Shown: positions 8,903 through 19,612 of the stretch, one piece after another
Position numbering within the stretch: position 1 is the first letter of the stretch
Layout: each line of letters begins with the position of its first letter
Origin: a bacterium
Lineage (GTDB): Bacteria > UBA8248 > JACPRG01 > G963555815
DNA: 64,000 bases
Direction of reading: 5' to 3'
NCBI GenBank assembly: GCA_963555815.3
Contig: CAUVWX020000001.1
Coordinates: 832,001-896,000 of the forward strand
The notes under the pieces: model-generated
What the model saw: the letters and a program-made list of their open reading frames with translations, nothing else
The model's database searches: none
Told to the model about the DNA's origin: nothing
Position numbers and translations under genes: made by a program

Positions 8903-9211
8903 TCACTTTTCAGGTGCCAGCGGATGTCGGCCTCTGGCCTCGGCTTCCACTCGCTTCTTGGTGTCGTGCTCCATCAGGATCTGGCTCATGGTCTTCTGGA
9001 TCTCCTTCGCCTCCTCCTCCATCTGAAGAGATTTTAGACATTCCCGGGCCATCGAGAGGGCTTGATAGTTCTCTGGATACTTCTGGGGAAAGGCCTCAAA
9101 GGCGGCGCTGGCCTTGGTGAGGCACTCCGAAATTTCCCCTTGGGCCTTGGCGGCCTTCGAGGCTTCCATGAGTCGGTCATATTCGGCTTTCTTTTCTTTT
9201 TCTTCCGTCAT
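8903..9211 (-). CDS. Hypothetical helical (TPR-like) protein
   Basis: GAGG RBS, 102 aa, Ala/Glu/Lys-rich helices. Confidence 0.65.
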   Translation of the reverse strand: MTEEKEKKAEYDRLMEASKAAKAQGEISECLTKASAAFEAFPQKYPENYQALSMARECLKSLQMEEEAKEIQKTMSQILMEHDTKKRVEAEARGRHPLAPEK

Positions 9212-9376
9212 GGCCTCACCTCATCTTCTGGGCAAGCTTTTTCGCCGGCCTTCGCTCTGTTGGGAGATGGGGAAGGTTGCTGAGGGAGCCCCTTATTTTC
9301 ATGATCATAACATTTCGATATTCCGGTCTATTTTGCCCACTGCCACTGCCAATTTCAAGGGGGATTTGGCTCGCCG

Positions 9377-10219
9377 TCAAGGCACCAAAGCCTCGACCCA
9401 GGAAAAAAGACGCCTTGCCTTCTCCTCCTTCCCTTGCTCTTGATAGATGGCAACGAGGTTTCTGCACATCCGAGCCAGGATCTCCCGGTGGCCCACGGGG
9501 GCCAGGAAATCTTCCTGAAAAGGAAATCCAAGGGAGTCAAAGAGGACCTCACAATCCACCCTTGAGAGGAGTTCACCGCCGGCGAATGCGTCGATGAAGA
9601 TGGGTGGCTTTGTCCCCTCCTCGTACCGCAAGAGAAAGTGGCCGGGGGATCCCACCCCCCTTAGGGGAAGCCCCAGGCGCTTTTGACCGATGAGGAGATA
9701 GAGGGCCGAGAGCGAGATGGGGATGCCCCTTCGCCGGTCGAGGACTTGATTGAGGAAGCTATTTTCCGGATCGTAGTAGGCTTGGTGGTCGCCGCGAAAC
9801 CCTTTCTCGTGAAACAAGTAGTGGTTCAGAAGATGGAGGGCCTCCACCCCCTTGGCGGGACGCAGAATGGGCCGAAGGTCTTCCGCCATGACGTCCAGAA
9901 CCCCCCGGTAGCGTCCCTCGTCGAGGTCTGGATAAGCCCACCTTGCCAGCAAAAAGCACCCCACCTCCAGGTCAGGGTCCGGTCCCTCCGCCCAGCGAAC
10001 CAGTTCCTGATTCAAGACCTCTTCGGTAGAGGCGCCGAGCAGAGAGCGGGCACGAAGGCGGACCAGCGGGTCCCCGTCCTCATCGGCCAGGCGCCGAAGG
10101 GGATCCTGAGCGACTTCCCCCAGGGAGAGAATTTCTTTCGCAATGGCTTTCCAGACGACGGGGTCTTTGTCCCTCATCAAGATCAGGAGGGATTTAAGCT
10201 TGTCGGAAGAAGAAGTCAT
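9377..10219 (-). CDS. SirB1/YchA family transglutaminase-like protein
   Basis: GFRGD..YYDPENSFLNQVLDRRRGIPISL, PGHFL, FIDAF, ILARMCRNL. Confidence 0.9.
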   Translation of the reverse strand: MTSSSDKLKSLLILMRDKDPVVWKAIAKEILSLGEVAQDPLRRLADEDGDPLVRLRARSLLGASTEEVLNQELVRWAEGPDPDLEVGCFLLARWAYPDLDEGRYRGVLDVMAEDLRPILRPAKGVEALHLLNHYLFHEKGFRGDHQAYYDPENSFLNQVLDRRRGIPISLSALYLLIGQKRLGLPLRGVGSPGHFLLRYEEGTKPPIFIDAFAGGELLSRVDCEVLFDSLGFPFQEDFLAPVGHREILARMCRNLVAIYQEQGKEEKARRLFSWVEALVP

Positions 10220-10227
10220 CCTGACCT

Positions 10228-10626
10228 CTAGGGAGCCGGTTCAGACGGGGCCGCATTGACGGCTGAGGGCTCCATCAGGTGATGGCGATGGGGGTCCTTC
10301 AGGGAGTATTCAACAGAGACCTCGTCGCCCACCCGCGTTGCGCGGTAGCGTGGGGCTTCAACCCTCGCCTCGCCCGTCACGGCGCGCCCATCCACAGTCC
10401 GAAACTGAAAGGTGATGCGGTGAACTTCCTGGCCGTTTTCCTCCCGTTCCACCCTCTTCTCCGTTACGCGCGCGACCGTCCTCTGGCGGTCCGCCCCGTC
10501 CGACAGGGTGCTCAACCGTGGGAAATAGATGAAATGGAGGTACGCGGTGAGGATTATAACCAACCCGGCCGACAGGACAAAAAACCTGCGATAGGGAAAG
10601 TTTCGCCGATGGCCCTCGCCTCGCAT
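10228..10626 (-). CDS. DUF3592-like membrane-anchored protein
   Basis: N-terminal TM helix then beta domain ending VGDEVSVEYSLKDP. Confidence 0.65.
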   Translation of the reverse strand: MRGEGHRRNFPYRRFFVLSAGLVIILTAYLHFIYFPRLSTLSDGADRQRTVARVTEKRVEREENGQEVHRITFQFRTVDGRAVTGEARVEAPRYRATRVGDEVSVEYSLKDPHRHHLMEPSAVNAAPSEPAP

Positions 10627-10777
10627 GAAAGACCTCCATTTTCTCTATTCGACCGATTCCAGATCCTTCCGTCAAGGTCAGAGAGGGCCGGAGTTCCCGG
10701 CCGCCGTTGACCCCCACCTCTTTTGCCGTTATTATAAAGGGGAATTTGGCCTCCGTTTCCCTACCCATCAGAAAGAT

Positions 10778-13252
10778 ATGTCCTCTTTCCTTGCGACAGA
10801 TGCTCCACCCCTTTATGTGCAGGTGGCGGTATCCCTGCCTCTTTATCAGACTTTCACCTATCGGGTCCCAGAACACCTGAGGGAAAAGGGCCGGGGGGTT
10901 CGAGGAGATCGGGTCCTCGTCTCCTTCGGGGGCCGAAGACTGACTGGATATGTGGTGGGGCCTGCCCCCGCCACGCCGGGCAAGGGAGTTCCCGAGGTCA
11001 AAGACCTCCTGGAGGTCCTCGATGAAGCCCCGGTTGTGACGGAGGAGATCTTTAGACTCACTCGGTGGCTTGCTGACTATTACTGTGCAGGCTGGGGGGA
11101 GGTCCTGAGGACCGCCCTGCCGGCGCTGGGAAGAGGCAGACGGGCTCCCCTCTGGAAGCTCTCCGAGGCGGGAGAGGAGGCGCTGGCCGCAGGAGCGGTC
11201 CGAAAGGGGTTGCGCCGGGGGATCCTGGAGATCCTGAGCGAGCACCGGGAGGGTCTCACCGCTGGGCAAACGGCCCGCCAGCTGGATGGACATCCGGAGA
11301 GCAGCATCCGGCCGGCCCTAAGACACCTGGCGCGCCAGGGCTGGGTCGAGGTGAGAAATCTCCCCGCGCGTTGGCGGACAAGGCCGACACTTTTGGCCGA
11401 GCTCGTTCAGCCCCCCGAGGAACTCGAGGAAGAGAAGCTCAAGCGGCGCGCGCCTCGCCAGTGGGAACTTCTGCGCCTCCTCTTGAAGACCCCTTCCCTC
11501 CGCCTCGACGCCCTCCCCGCCGGGCTTCGCGGGGGGCCGCTTCGGGCCCTCACGGCCAAAGGCTGGGTGAGAGTCCAGGAGGCAACAGGCGCGGGCGATG
11601 GGTCAAAGGACCGGGCAAAACCCTCTCCTCTTCGTCCCACGCCCCATCAGACACAGGCCTTTGGGCCCATCGCGGAGTCACTTCGCCAGGGAGGGTTTCA
11701 GGCCTTCCTGCTCCACGGGGTGACCGCCAGTGGAAAGACTGAGCTCTACCTTCGCGCCATCGAGCAAGTCCTGGCAGACGGGAAGGGGGTCATTGTCCTC
11801 GTCCCCGAGATTGCCCTCACACCGCAACTCCTCGGGCGGTTTCGGGAGCGCTTCGGCGAACAGGTCGTTGAACTCCACAGCGACCTCAGCGACCCTGAGC
11901 GCTATCGGGGATGGCGTTGTGCGGCTTCCGGGGAGGTCCCCATCGTCGTGGGTGCCCGCTCGGCCATCTTCACCCCTGTGCCCCGACTGGGACTCATCGT
12001 CGTCGACGAGGAGCACGAGCCCTCCTATAAGCAGGAAGAAAGTCCCCGCTACCACGCCCGGGACGTGGCCCTCATCCGGGGGAGGTTTGCGGGGGCGACG
12101 GTGATCCTGGGCTCGGCCACCCCTTCCCTGGAAAGTTACTGGAACGGGCGAAAGGGAAAGTATCATTACCTCTCCATGCCCAAGCGAGTAGAGAATCGCC
12201 CTCTCCCCTCTGTCTCCATCGTGGACATGCGAAAGGAGGCATCTTCGGAGGGCATCCTCTCGAAACCCCTCAAGGAGGCCCTTGAGGAGCGCCTGAGACG
12301 GAAGGAACAAAGCCTTCTCTTCCTCAACCGCCGTGGGTTCGCCTCCGCCCTTCTTTGCCGGGACTGTGGCCACGTGGCCCAGTGTCCCCACTGCGCCGTC
12401 TCCCTCACCTTCCACCTTCAGGCCGCCTGTCTTCGCTGTCACTACTGCGGCCATCGGGCCCCTGGACCAAAAACGTGTCCAGGCTGCGCAGGGGTCCGCC
12501 TGGACCGCCGGGGTCTCGGGACACAGCGTGTCGAGGAGACGGTACAGCGGCTTTTCCCCGAAGCGGCCGTGGGGCGTATGGACCGCGACACGACTCGGGC
12601 CCGTGGAGCCCATCGCCGCATCCTGGACCGTCTGGCGCGCGGCGAGGTGGACATTTTGATCGGGACCCAGATGATCGCCAAAGGCCATGACTATCCCGCC
12701 ATCACCCTGGTGGGGGTCATCTCGGCCGATATCTCTCTCAACATGCCTGACTTTCGGGCCGCCGAGCGCACCTTCCAGCTCCTGACCCAGGTGGCCGGGC
12801 GGGCGGGGCGGGGCTCGGGCCCAGGCGAGGTCTTTCTTCAGACCTATCGCCCGGACCACTATTGCATCCGCTTCGCAAGGACTCAGGATTACGACGGATT
12901 CTGCCGGCAGGAGCTGGAGTTCCGCCGTGAGCTTCGCTACCCTCCCTTCAGCCGTTTGGCCCGTCTGCGTGTGGAGTCGGGCGATGCGGAGATGGCGAAG
13001 GAATTCGTCGGCCGTCTGGCGGACGCAATGATAAAGATCCTTCCCGCTGGGGTAGCGGAAGTGATGGGCCCTTCTCCGGGCGTCTTTCCCAAACTCCAAA
13101 ATCGCTATCGGTGGCAAATCCTGCTGAAAGCGTCGACACCAAAGCTCCTCCTTCAGGCACTTCGGATGGGAAGTGAGTTGACCGAAGGACGTCTTCGCCC
13201 TCCCTCCAAGGTCCGATTCGGCGTGGATGTGGACCCGGTGGAGCTGTTCTGA
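10778..13252 (+). CDS. priA: Primosomal protein N' (replication restart helicase)
   Basis: GVTASGKTE, VPEIALT, DEEH, four CxxC, GTQMIAKGHD, C-terminal DVDP; start moved from 10625 to ATG 10778. Confidence 0.97.
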   Translation: MSSFLATDAPPLYVQVAVSLPLYQTFTYRVPEHLREKGRGVRGDRVLVSFGGRRLTGYVVGPAPATPGKGVPEVKDLLEVLDEAPVVTEEIFRLTRWLADYYCAGWGEVLRTALPALGRGRRAPLWKLSEAGEEALAAGAVRKGLRRGILEILSEHREGLTAGQTARQLDGHPESSIRPALRHLARQGWVEVRNLPARWRTRPTLLAELVQPPEELEEEKLKRRAPRQWELLRLLLKTPSLRLDALPAGLRGGPLRALTAKGWVRVQEATGAGDGSKDRAKPSPLRPTPHQTQAFGPIAESLRQGGFQAFLLHGVTASGKTELYLRAIEQVLADGKGVIVLVPEIALTPQLLGRFRERFGEQVVELHSDLSDPERYRGWRCAASGEVPIVVGARSAIFTPVPRLGLIVVDEEHEPSYKQEESPRYHARDVALIRGRFAGATVILGSATPSLESYWNGRKGKYHYLSMPKRVENRPLPSVSIVDMRKEASSEGILSKPLKEALEERLRRKEQSLLFLNRRGFASALLCRDCGHVAQCPHCAVSLTFHLQAACLRCHYCGHRAPGPKTCPGCAGVRLDRRGLGTQRVEETVQRLFPEAAVGRMDRDTTRARGAHRRILDRLARGEVDILIGTQMIAKGHDYPAITLVGVISADISLNMPDFRAAERTFQLLTQVAGRAGRGSGPGEVFLQTYRPDHYCIRFARTQDYDGFCRQELEFRRELRYPPFSRLARLRVESGDAEMAKEFVGRLADAMIKILPAGVAEVMGPSPGVFPKLQNRYRWQILLKASTPKLLLQALRMGSELTEGRLRPPSKVRFGVDVDPVELF

Positions 13253-13253
13253 G

Positions 13254-13282
13254 TTGATTTCACGTAGGCGGAGGAGTATATT
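13254..13282 (+). promoter_or_regulatory. Sigma70-type promoter upstream of def
   Basis: TTGATT-N17-TATATT. Confidence 0.5.
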
Positions 13283-13353
13283 CAGAGAGCTTTGATCCTA
13301 CTGATTTCTAAGGGATTCTCTCTCTATCCAGATCGGGACGCGAGGTCTCTGAT

Positions 13354-13872
13354 ATGGTGGTCCGACCGATCCTCATATACCCCAACCCGAGCCTGCGACG
13401 AAAGGCGAAACGGGTTCAGGGGATCACCGAAGAGGTGAGCGCCCTGGTCAGGGACATGTTGGAGACCATGCGGGCCGCCCCTGGCATCGGGCTTGCCGCC
13501 CCACAGGTGGGCGTGAGCCTTCGGGTCATCGTCGTGGACCCGAGCACCGGAGAGGACCCCAAAGCTGTCCTGGCCCTCATCAATCCCGAGATCATCTCGA
13601 CCGAAGGCTCCTGTGTGGCCGAGGAGGGTTGCCTTAGTCTGCCCGAGGTCGCGGAAGAGGTGGAGAGAGCGGAAAGGGTGACGGTGCAGGCGGAATCTCT
13701 CGACGGGCGCAAGGTTGAGGTCAAGGCCGAAGGTCTCCTCGCCCGTATCCTCCAGCATGAGGTGGACCATCTGGAGGGCACCCTCCTCATCGACCATCTG
13801 AATGGCGTGAAACGAGAGCTTGTCGAGCAAAAACTCCGAAAGCGCCAGCGGGAAGCGGTCGAGGCAAGCTAG
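13354..13872 (+). CDS. def: Peptide deformylase
   Basis: GIGLAAPQVG, EGCLS, QHEVDHL. Confidence 0.97.
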   Translation: MVVRPILIYPNPSLRRKAKRVQGITEEVSALVRDMLETMRAAPGIGLAAPQVGVSLRVIVVDPSTGEDPKAVLALINPEIISTEGSCVAEEGCLSLPEVAEEVERAERVTVQAESLDGRKVEVKAEGLLARILQHEVDHLEGTLLIDHLNGVKRELVEQKLRKRQREAVEAS

Positions 13873-13899
13873 GGGCATCCAGGGTGTTCGGGAGGACAT

Positions 13900-14829
13900 A
13901 TGCGCGTCTGGTTCATGGGCACGTCCGACTTTGCGGTGCCCTGCCTGGACGCTCTCCTGGGCTCCAGCCATGAGATCCTGGGGGTTCTCACCCAGCCGGA
14001 CTCTCCAGCCGGAAGGGGGCGCAGACTAAGACCTCCCCCCATTAAAATTAGGGCCGTGGAAGCCGGGCTGAACGTCTATCAGCCTGAAAAGCCCCTCTTG
14101 AAGGGGAGCCTCCTGGAAGGGGTTCAGCCTCCCCCAGATCTTGTCCTCGTCGTGGCTTATGGTCACCTCTTGGGTCCGGACCTCCTGAAGTGGCCCGTGC
14201 GGGGTTGTGTCAACCTTCACGCCTCTCTTCTCCCGAAACTTCGAGGGGCGGCCCCCATCAACTGGAGCATCCTCAACGGAGAGACCGAGACGGGAGTGAC
14301 GACCCTTCTAATCACAGAACGCCTCGACGCGGGGCCTATCTTGCTTCAGCGGCCATGCCCCATCCTGCCCGAGGACACGACCGAAAGCCTGTCGGCGCGC
14401 CTTGCAGGGATGGGAGCGTCGCTGGGTCTTGAAACCTTTGAGGCCTTGGAGGATTCCCGGATCACTCCTCAGCCCCAAGAAGAGACCCTGGCCACCTATG
14501 CCCCCAAGCTCAAGAAGGCCGACGGGATCATCGACTGGTCTCTCTCTGCGGAGGTGATCTGTCGAAAGGTTCGGGGACTTCGCCCTTGGCCCGTGGCGCA
14601 GACTTCCTGGGGCGATGGGATTCTTTTCATCTGGTCGGCCCATCCGTCCCCGGCCGAAGCGGGCGCCCTTCCTGGGACTGTCCTCGGCTTGAGGGAGGAA
14701 GGGATCGGGATTGCCGCCCTGGACGGAACGGTCATCATCACCGAGATCCAGGCCGAGGGGGGAAAGCGTATGGAGGCCCAGGCCTTTTGGCGCGGACACC
14801 CCCTCCTTTCGGGCACACCATTGGCCTGA
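13900..14829 (+). CDS. fmt: Methionyl-tRNA formyltransferase
   Basis: FMGTSDFA, TQPD, NLHASLLPKLRGAAPI; follows def. Confidence 0.97.
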   Translation: MRVWFMGTSDFAVPCLDALLGSSHEILGVLTQPDSPAGRGRRLRPPPIKIRAVEAGLNVYQPEKPLLKGSLLEGVQPPPDLVLVVAYGHLLGPDLLKWPVRGCVNLHASLLPKLRGAAPINWSILNGETETGVTTLLITERLDAGPILLQRPCPILPEDTTESLSARLAGMGASLGLETFEALEDSRITPQPQEETLATYAPKLKKADGIIDWSLSAEVICRKVRGLRPWPVAQTSWGDGILFIWSAHPSPAEAGALPGTVLGLREEGIGIAALDGTVIITEIQAEGGKRMEAQAFWRGHPLLSGTPLA

Positions 14830-14833
14830 ACGC

Positions 14834-16219
14834 ATGACAGTGACAAAAAATCTCAAGAGAAACAGCGTTAGAGGCCTGGCCCTCGAACTTCTCTGCGAAG
14901 CGGAACAACCAGGAGAAAGGGTCAACGAAAGGCTGCGGTCCCTGCAAGACAGGTCAAACCTAGAGGCCCGGGACCGGGCTTTCCTTCGGGAGCTGGTCTA
15001 CGGGACGCTCAGGTGGCGGGGATATCTGGACCTCGCCCTCTCTCGGCATTTGAAGGATCCCCTCGAGGGGCTGCCAGAACCCATTCGAAATCTCCTCCGT
15101 CTGGGGGCCTATCAGATCCTCTTCACCGACAGGGTGCCCGCCCGGGCGGCCGTCAACGAGGCGGTCCTGCTCGCTCGCGAGAGGGGCTTTGATGGCCTGA
15201 CGGGTCTTGTGAACGGAGTCCTTCGGAACCTCTCCCGCACGGCGACTGCAGACGAAAAGCCTATTCCACCAAAGATGGAGTCGACGGTGGCAGGGGCTGC
15301 GGAACTCGCCGTCTCCACCTCTCACCCCGCCTGGATGGTGGAACGGTGGGCGGCGCGATGGGGCATGGAAAGGGCAGAGCGGATCTGCCGAGCCAATAAT
15401 GAACTGGCTCCCCTCACGTTGAGGGTGAACCTCAGAAGATCGACCCCCGAACTCCTCCAGAAATCTCTCAGGGAGGCGGGTTGCGAAGTGACGCGGGGAA
15501 CCCTTTGCCCTGAGATCCTTCGAATTGCGGGGGGGCCCGAAATTCCCTCTCTGCCCGGTTACCGGGAGGGGTGGTTTCAGGTCCAGGACGAGGCGGCAAC
15601 CCTGATGAGCCATGTGGTGTCCCCGCGGCCAGGCCAGCGGGTCTGGGACGCCTGCGGGGGTCCGGGGGGGAAGGCGACCCATCTGTCCGAGCTCATGGAG
15701 GACAAGGGGCTCGTCTTGGCGACGGACCATCATGCGGGACGCCTGAGGCGGGTCGGTGAGAACACAAGGCGCTTGGGCCTGAGGGCGGTGATGCCGGTCC
15801 GGCTGGATATCCTGAGGGGTGGGCTAAAAGCCGCTCAATTTGATATGGTCCTCCTGGATTCCCCGTGCTCAGGTCTGGGGGTCCTTAGACGCCACCCTGA
15901 GGCCAAATGGAATAAGCGGAAGGAGGACATCAAGCGGCTCGCCGAGCTTGAGCTATCGCTCCTTCGGACGGTGGCCGGCAGCGTGACCCCAGGGGGTCGG
16001 CTCGTCTACTGTGTCTGCTCGAATGAGCTGGAGGAGACAAGGGGAATTCTTCAAGCCTTCGCCGACGGCGCGCCCCTTCGGTTCTCTCTGGAATCTCCCG
16101 AAGGCGATCTCCCCTGGGCGGCCCGAAGGTTCTTGTGTCCGGACAAAACGGTTGAGATCCTGCCGGGCGACGCCGGGACGGATGGTTTCTTTGTAGCGCG
16201 ATGGCGAAGAGAGGATTAA
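14834..16219 (+). CDS. rsmB: 16S rRNA m5C967 methyltransferase
   Basis: NusB-like N-terminus (VNEAV, VNGVLR), SHPAW, VQDE, DACGGPGGK, DSPCSGLG, DGFF. Confidence 0.95.
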   Translation: MTVTKNLKRNSVRGLALELLCEAEQPGERVNERLRSLQDRSNLEARDRAFLRELVYGTLRWRGYLDLALSRHLKDPLEGLPEPIRNLLRLGAYQILFTDRVPARAAVNEAVLLARERGFDGLTGLVNGVLRNLSRTATADEKPIPPKMESTVAGAAELAVSTSHPAWMVERWAARWGMERAERICRANNELAPLTLRVNLRRSTPELLQKSLREAGCEVTRGTLCPEILRIAGGPEIPSLPGYREGWFQVQDEAATLMSHVVSPRPGQRVWDACGGPGGKATHLSELMEDKGLVLATDHHAGRLRRVGENTRRLGLRAVMPVRLDILRGGLKAAQFDMVLLDSPCSGLGVLRRHPEAKWNKRKEDIKRLAELELSLLRTVAGSVTPGGRLVYCVCSNELEETRGILQAFADGAPLRFSLESPEGDLPWAARRFLCPDKTVEILPGDAGTDGFFVARWRRED

Positions 16220-16236
16220 AAAGGAAGGATTTAGCG

Positions 16237-16953
16237 ATGGGGAAATTTCTGAAGTTCCTCATCTACCTGGGTCTGGTGACGGGCATCGGCCTGGGCAGTG
16301 GGTATCTTGCGATGCGCTGGGTCCTGGGGGTCGGAGAAATCCCCGTCCCGTCCATCGTCGGAAGACACGTCGTGGAGGCCCTGGAGTCCCTCGGAGGTGT
16401 GGATCTCAACCTCGAGGTCCGCGGCCGAGAGTTTGACCCTGTCGTGCCCCTTCACCATGTGATCCGCCAGGACCCCGCGGCGGGTGAGCCTGTTCGGCGG
16501 GGTCGGCGGGTCGCCATAATCCTGAGCGGGGGGACCAGGGAGACCAATGTCCCTGACCTCAAGGGGGAGCCCTTGAGCCAGGCCAGAGGCCTCATCGGGG
16601 GTTTGGGCTTTCAGATCGGAAGGGTGGTCTGGACTCACTCCCCGACCCACTCCGAGAACACCGTCATCGCCCAAGACCCAGGGCCCGATGGGACGGCGGA
16701 GCGAGGCAGCAACGTGAACATCTTGGTGAGCCGGGGACGCTTGAAAGCGACCTATTTGATGCCCGATCTCATCGGTGAGGACCTAAACCGGGCCGTTGGA
16801 ATCCTTCAGACTTTTTCCCTTCGCCTGGGAAAGGTGAACCACGAGGTATACCCCGGCCTTGGGCCTGACGTCATCATTCGCCAGGAGCCCAAAGCCGGAC
16901 ATTTGGTGAGCCCAGGGGAAATTGCCCACCTCGTCGTCGCCCGCCCTCGGTAA
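16237..16953 (+). CDS. Membrane-anchored protein with three PASTA domains
   Basis: N-terminal TM; VPSIVG, VPDLKG, MPDLIG with VIxQxP motifs. Confidence 0.9.
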   Translation: MGKFLKFLIYLGLVTGIGLGSGYLAMRWVLGVGEIPVPSIVGRHVVEALESLGGVDLNLEVRGREFDPVVPLHHVIRQDPAAGEPVRRGRRVAIILSGGTRETNVPDLKGEPLSQARGLIGGLGFQIGRVVWTHSPTHSENTVIAQDPGPDGTAERGSNVNILVSRGRLKATYLMPDLIGEDLNRAVGILQTFSLRLGKVNHEVYPGLGPDVIIRQEPKAGHLVSPGEIAHLVVARPR

Positions 16954-17092
16954 TGCGAATCGGGGGGGGACAGGGAAAGACGTCTTCTTTCGCCACCCCC
17001 TCCCGAATGACCCGGGGGAGGTGGCGGTCCGTGCAGTATTGTGATCTGTCTCGACAGAGAGATCATTTTCGGGGGGAGGAGAAAATTTTGTC

Positions 17093-17830
17093 ATGGCGGT
17101 GAGAAGGAGAAAACCCGTCTCTTTCGGGGCAAAAAACTCGATTAGGGTCGCCCCTTCCATCCTGGCGGCTGACTTTGGCCGCCTGGGGGACGAGGTGTTG
17201 GCCGCCGCCGAGGCTGGGGCGGATTGGATCCATGTGGATGTGATGGACGGCCGGTTCGTCCCTAACCTCACGATGGGCCCCCTTGCCGTCGAGACAGCCC
17301 GGCGCGCGATCGAGAAGCGGTTCCCCGAGATTCTCCTCGACGTTCACCTAATGATCGTAGAGCCCGAGCGCCACCTGAAGGCCTTTGCGGAATCAGGGGC
17401 AGATATCCTGACGGTCCATGTCGAGACCTGCCCCCATCTCCACCGCACCCTTCAGGTTATCCGGGGAATGAAGAGCTGGCGTGGCTCCCCCCTTCGGGCG
17501 GGGGTCGCCCTGAACCCGGCAACGGGGCCGGAGGAAGTGTTTGAGGTCCTGGAGGCGACGGATTTGGTCCTTGTGATGACCGTGAACCCGGGCTTTGCAG
17601 GACAGGCCTTCATCCCGTCGGTCCTCCCGAAGGTCCGCCGCGTTCGAGAGAGCCTCGACCGTCTCTCGAAGCCCCCCCTTTTGGAGGTCGATGGCGGCGT
17701 GGACCTGAAGGCGGCCCCTCGCCTGATTAAGGCCGGGGCGGAGGTCTTGGTGGCTGGAACCGCTGTGTTCGGTGCTCCCCATTACCGGAAGGCCATTGAA
17801 GCGCTGCGCCGCGGGAAGGCAAGAAATTGA
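17093..17830 (+). CDS. rpe: Ribulose-phosphate 3-epimerase
   Basis: APSILAADF, HVDVMDGRFVPN, DVHLM, MTVNPGF, VDGG. Confidence 0.97.
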   Translation: MAVRRRKPVSFGAKNSIRVAPSILAADFGRLGDEVLAAAEAGADWIHVDVMDGRFVPNLTMGPLAVETARRAIEKRFPEILLDVHLMIVEPERHLKAFAESGADILTVHVETCPHLHRTLQVIRGMKSWRGSPLRAGVALNPATGPEEVFEVLEATDLVLVMTVNPGFAGQAFIPSVLPKVRRVRESLDRLSKPPLLEVDGGVDLKAAPRLIKAGAEVLVAGTAVFGAPHYRKAIEALRRGKARN

Positions 17831-17855
17831 CGAGAGGGGAAAGGGAGCATATCAT
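17827..17855 (+). promoter_or_regulatory. Sigma70-type promoter upstream of ffh
   Basis: TTGACG-N17-TATCAT. Confidence 0.55.
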
Positions 17856-17951
17856 ACGGGGTTTCACCGCTTTTCTACGGTTGAAAGATGGGTTGGAAGA
17901 TGGGAGAAAGACCCGTCCGATGGTGCCCGATATGGATCTCTGGAGGGTGAC

Positions 17952-19283
17952 GTGTTCGAAGGCCTGACCCAGCGCCTGGAGGGAGTATTTCGCCGCCTTC
18001 GCAGCCGGGGCAAGCTCGGCGAGGCGGATATCGCCGAGGCCCTCAGGGAAATTCGGCTCGCCCTCCTGGAGGCGGATGTCCATTTCAAGGTGGTCAAGGA
18101 CTTCATCTCGGGCATCCGGGAAAGGGCCCTCGGGGCCGAGGTGATTCGAAGTCTCAGCCCCGGCCAGCAGGTCGTCAAGATCGTGAACGAGAAGCTCACG
18201 GAGCTGATGGGAGGCTCTCCCTCGGCCCTCGCCCGGGCCCAGATGCCCCCAACGGTCATCCTCCTGGCGGGCCTTCAGGGATCGGGAAAGACGACGACGG
18301 CGGCCAAGCTGGCCTTGCGGTACCAGCGGGAGGGAAACCGCCCTTTTCTCGTCCCCACCGACGTTCACCGTCCGGCCGCCATTGAGCAGCTCAAAATCCT
18401 CGGCAAAGAGCTCGGGGTTGGGGTCTACGATCCGGCGCCCGGCGACGACCCCGTCGCCATCGCCGATGCAGGCCTGGCCGCGGGCCGATCGGCAGGGGCG
18501 CACACGGTCATCGTGGACACGGCGGGCCGCCTTCAGATCGACGAGCCCCTGATGGAAGAGCTCCGCCAGACGTGTGAGCGAGTCTCCCCTGACGAACGAC
18601 TCCTAGTCGCGGACGCCATGACGGGACAGGAGGCCGTCAAGCTGGCAGAGGCCTTTCACAAGGTGGTCCATCTCACCGGCGTCATCCTGACCAAAATGGA
18701 CGGCGACGCCCGGGGAGGAGCGGCCCTCTCCATTCGAGCCGCCGTGGGGATCCCCATCAAGTTCATCGGGGTGGGGGAGAAATCAGAGGCCCTGGAACTC
18801 TTTCATCCCGCCCGGGTGGCCTCCCGGATCCTGGGGATGGGGGATGTCCTTGGCCTCATCGAGCGGGCCGAGGCCACTGTATCCGCCGAAGAGGCCACGG
18901 CCATGGCCCTGAAAGTCCGAAAGGAACAATTCACCCTGGAGGACTTCAAGGATCAGCTCCACCAGATCCGGCGAATGGGACCTCTGGAGGATCTTCTCGG
19001 GATGATCCCAGGGGTCGGAAAGCTCCCTGCCCTTGATGCCAGCGAGCAACACCTCACGAGGACCGAGGCCATCATCAGCTCCATGACGCCAAAGGAGCGG
19101 GCGGAACCCGCCCTCATCGATGGAAGCCGTCGCCAGCGCATCGCCCGGGGCAGTGGGACCACGTCCCAGGACATCAACCAGCTTCTGAAGCAGTTCGCTG
19201 AGATGAATCGGATGATGAAGCTGATGACTCGGGGCACTAAGGGGAAACAACTCAGAAATCTTCAGGGACTGATCAGGAGATAG
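17952..19283 (+). CDS. ffh: Signal recognition particle protein
   Basis: GGAGG + GTG start (MFEGLTQRL), [25 protein letters not shown] domain. Confidence 0.97.
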   Translation: MFEGLTQRLEGVFRRLRSRGKLGEADIAEALREIRLALLEADVHFKVVKDFISGIRERALGAEVIRSLSPGQQVVKIVNEKLTELMGGSPSALARAQMPPTVILLAGLQGSGKTTTAAKLALRYQREGNRPFLVPTDVHRPAAIEQLKILGKELGVGVYDPAPGDDPVAIADAGLAAGRSAGAHTVIVDTAGRLQIDEPLMEELRQTCERVSPDERLLVADAMTGQEAVKLAEAFHKVVHLTGVILTKMDGDARGGAALSIRAAVGIPIKFIGVGEKSEALELFHPARVASRILGMGDVLGLIERAEATVSAEEATAMALKVRKEQFTLEDFKDQLHQIRRMGPLEDLLGMIPGVGKLPALDASEQHLTRTEAIISSMTPKERAEPALIDGSRRQRIARGSGTTSQDINQLLKQFAEMNRMMKLMTRGTKGKQLRNLQGLIRR

Positions 19284-19288
19284 GACGG

Positions 19289-19555
19289 ATGGTTCGGATT
19301 CGACTTCGACGAATGGGCACAAAGAAAAGGCCTTTCTACCGAGTGGTGGTGGCCGATTCACGCTCCCCAAGAGATGGACGCTTCATCGAGACCTTGGGGA
19401 CCTATGACCCAGGGAAGGATCCGGCCGCTGTGCACCTCGACCAGGACAGGGCCAAATACTGGCTGGGCCAGGGGGCCCAGATGTCTGAGACCGTAGAGAA
19501 CCTCTTTCGACGGTCTGGCGTCCTCGGCAAAGAGGGTCTTGGCCCGGAGTCATAG
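19289..19555 (+). CDS. rpsP: 30S ribosomal protein S16
   Basis: [30 protein letters not shown]. Confidence 0.98.
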   Translation: MVRIRLRRMGTKKRPFYRVVVADSRSPRDGRFIETLGTYDPGKDPAAVHLDQDRAKYWLGQGAQMSETVENLFRRSGVLGKEGLGPES

Positions 19556-19612
19556 AGTGGGCGAGGGGTCTGAGTTCAGCGAAAACCCTTCCGGTGCTGC
19601 GGGGGTACACCG

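Noticed and set aside
11678..13117. Long antisense ORFs such as 479 aa opposite priA (also opposite pentapeptide, addB and murJ genes)
   Set aside because: Shadow ORFs expected from high-GC codon bias opposite well-supported genes.
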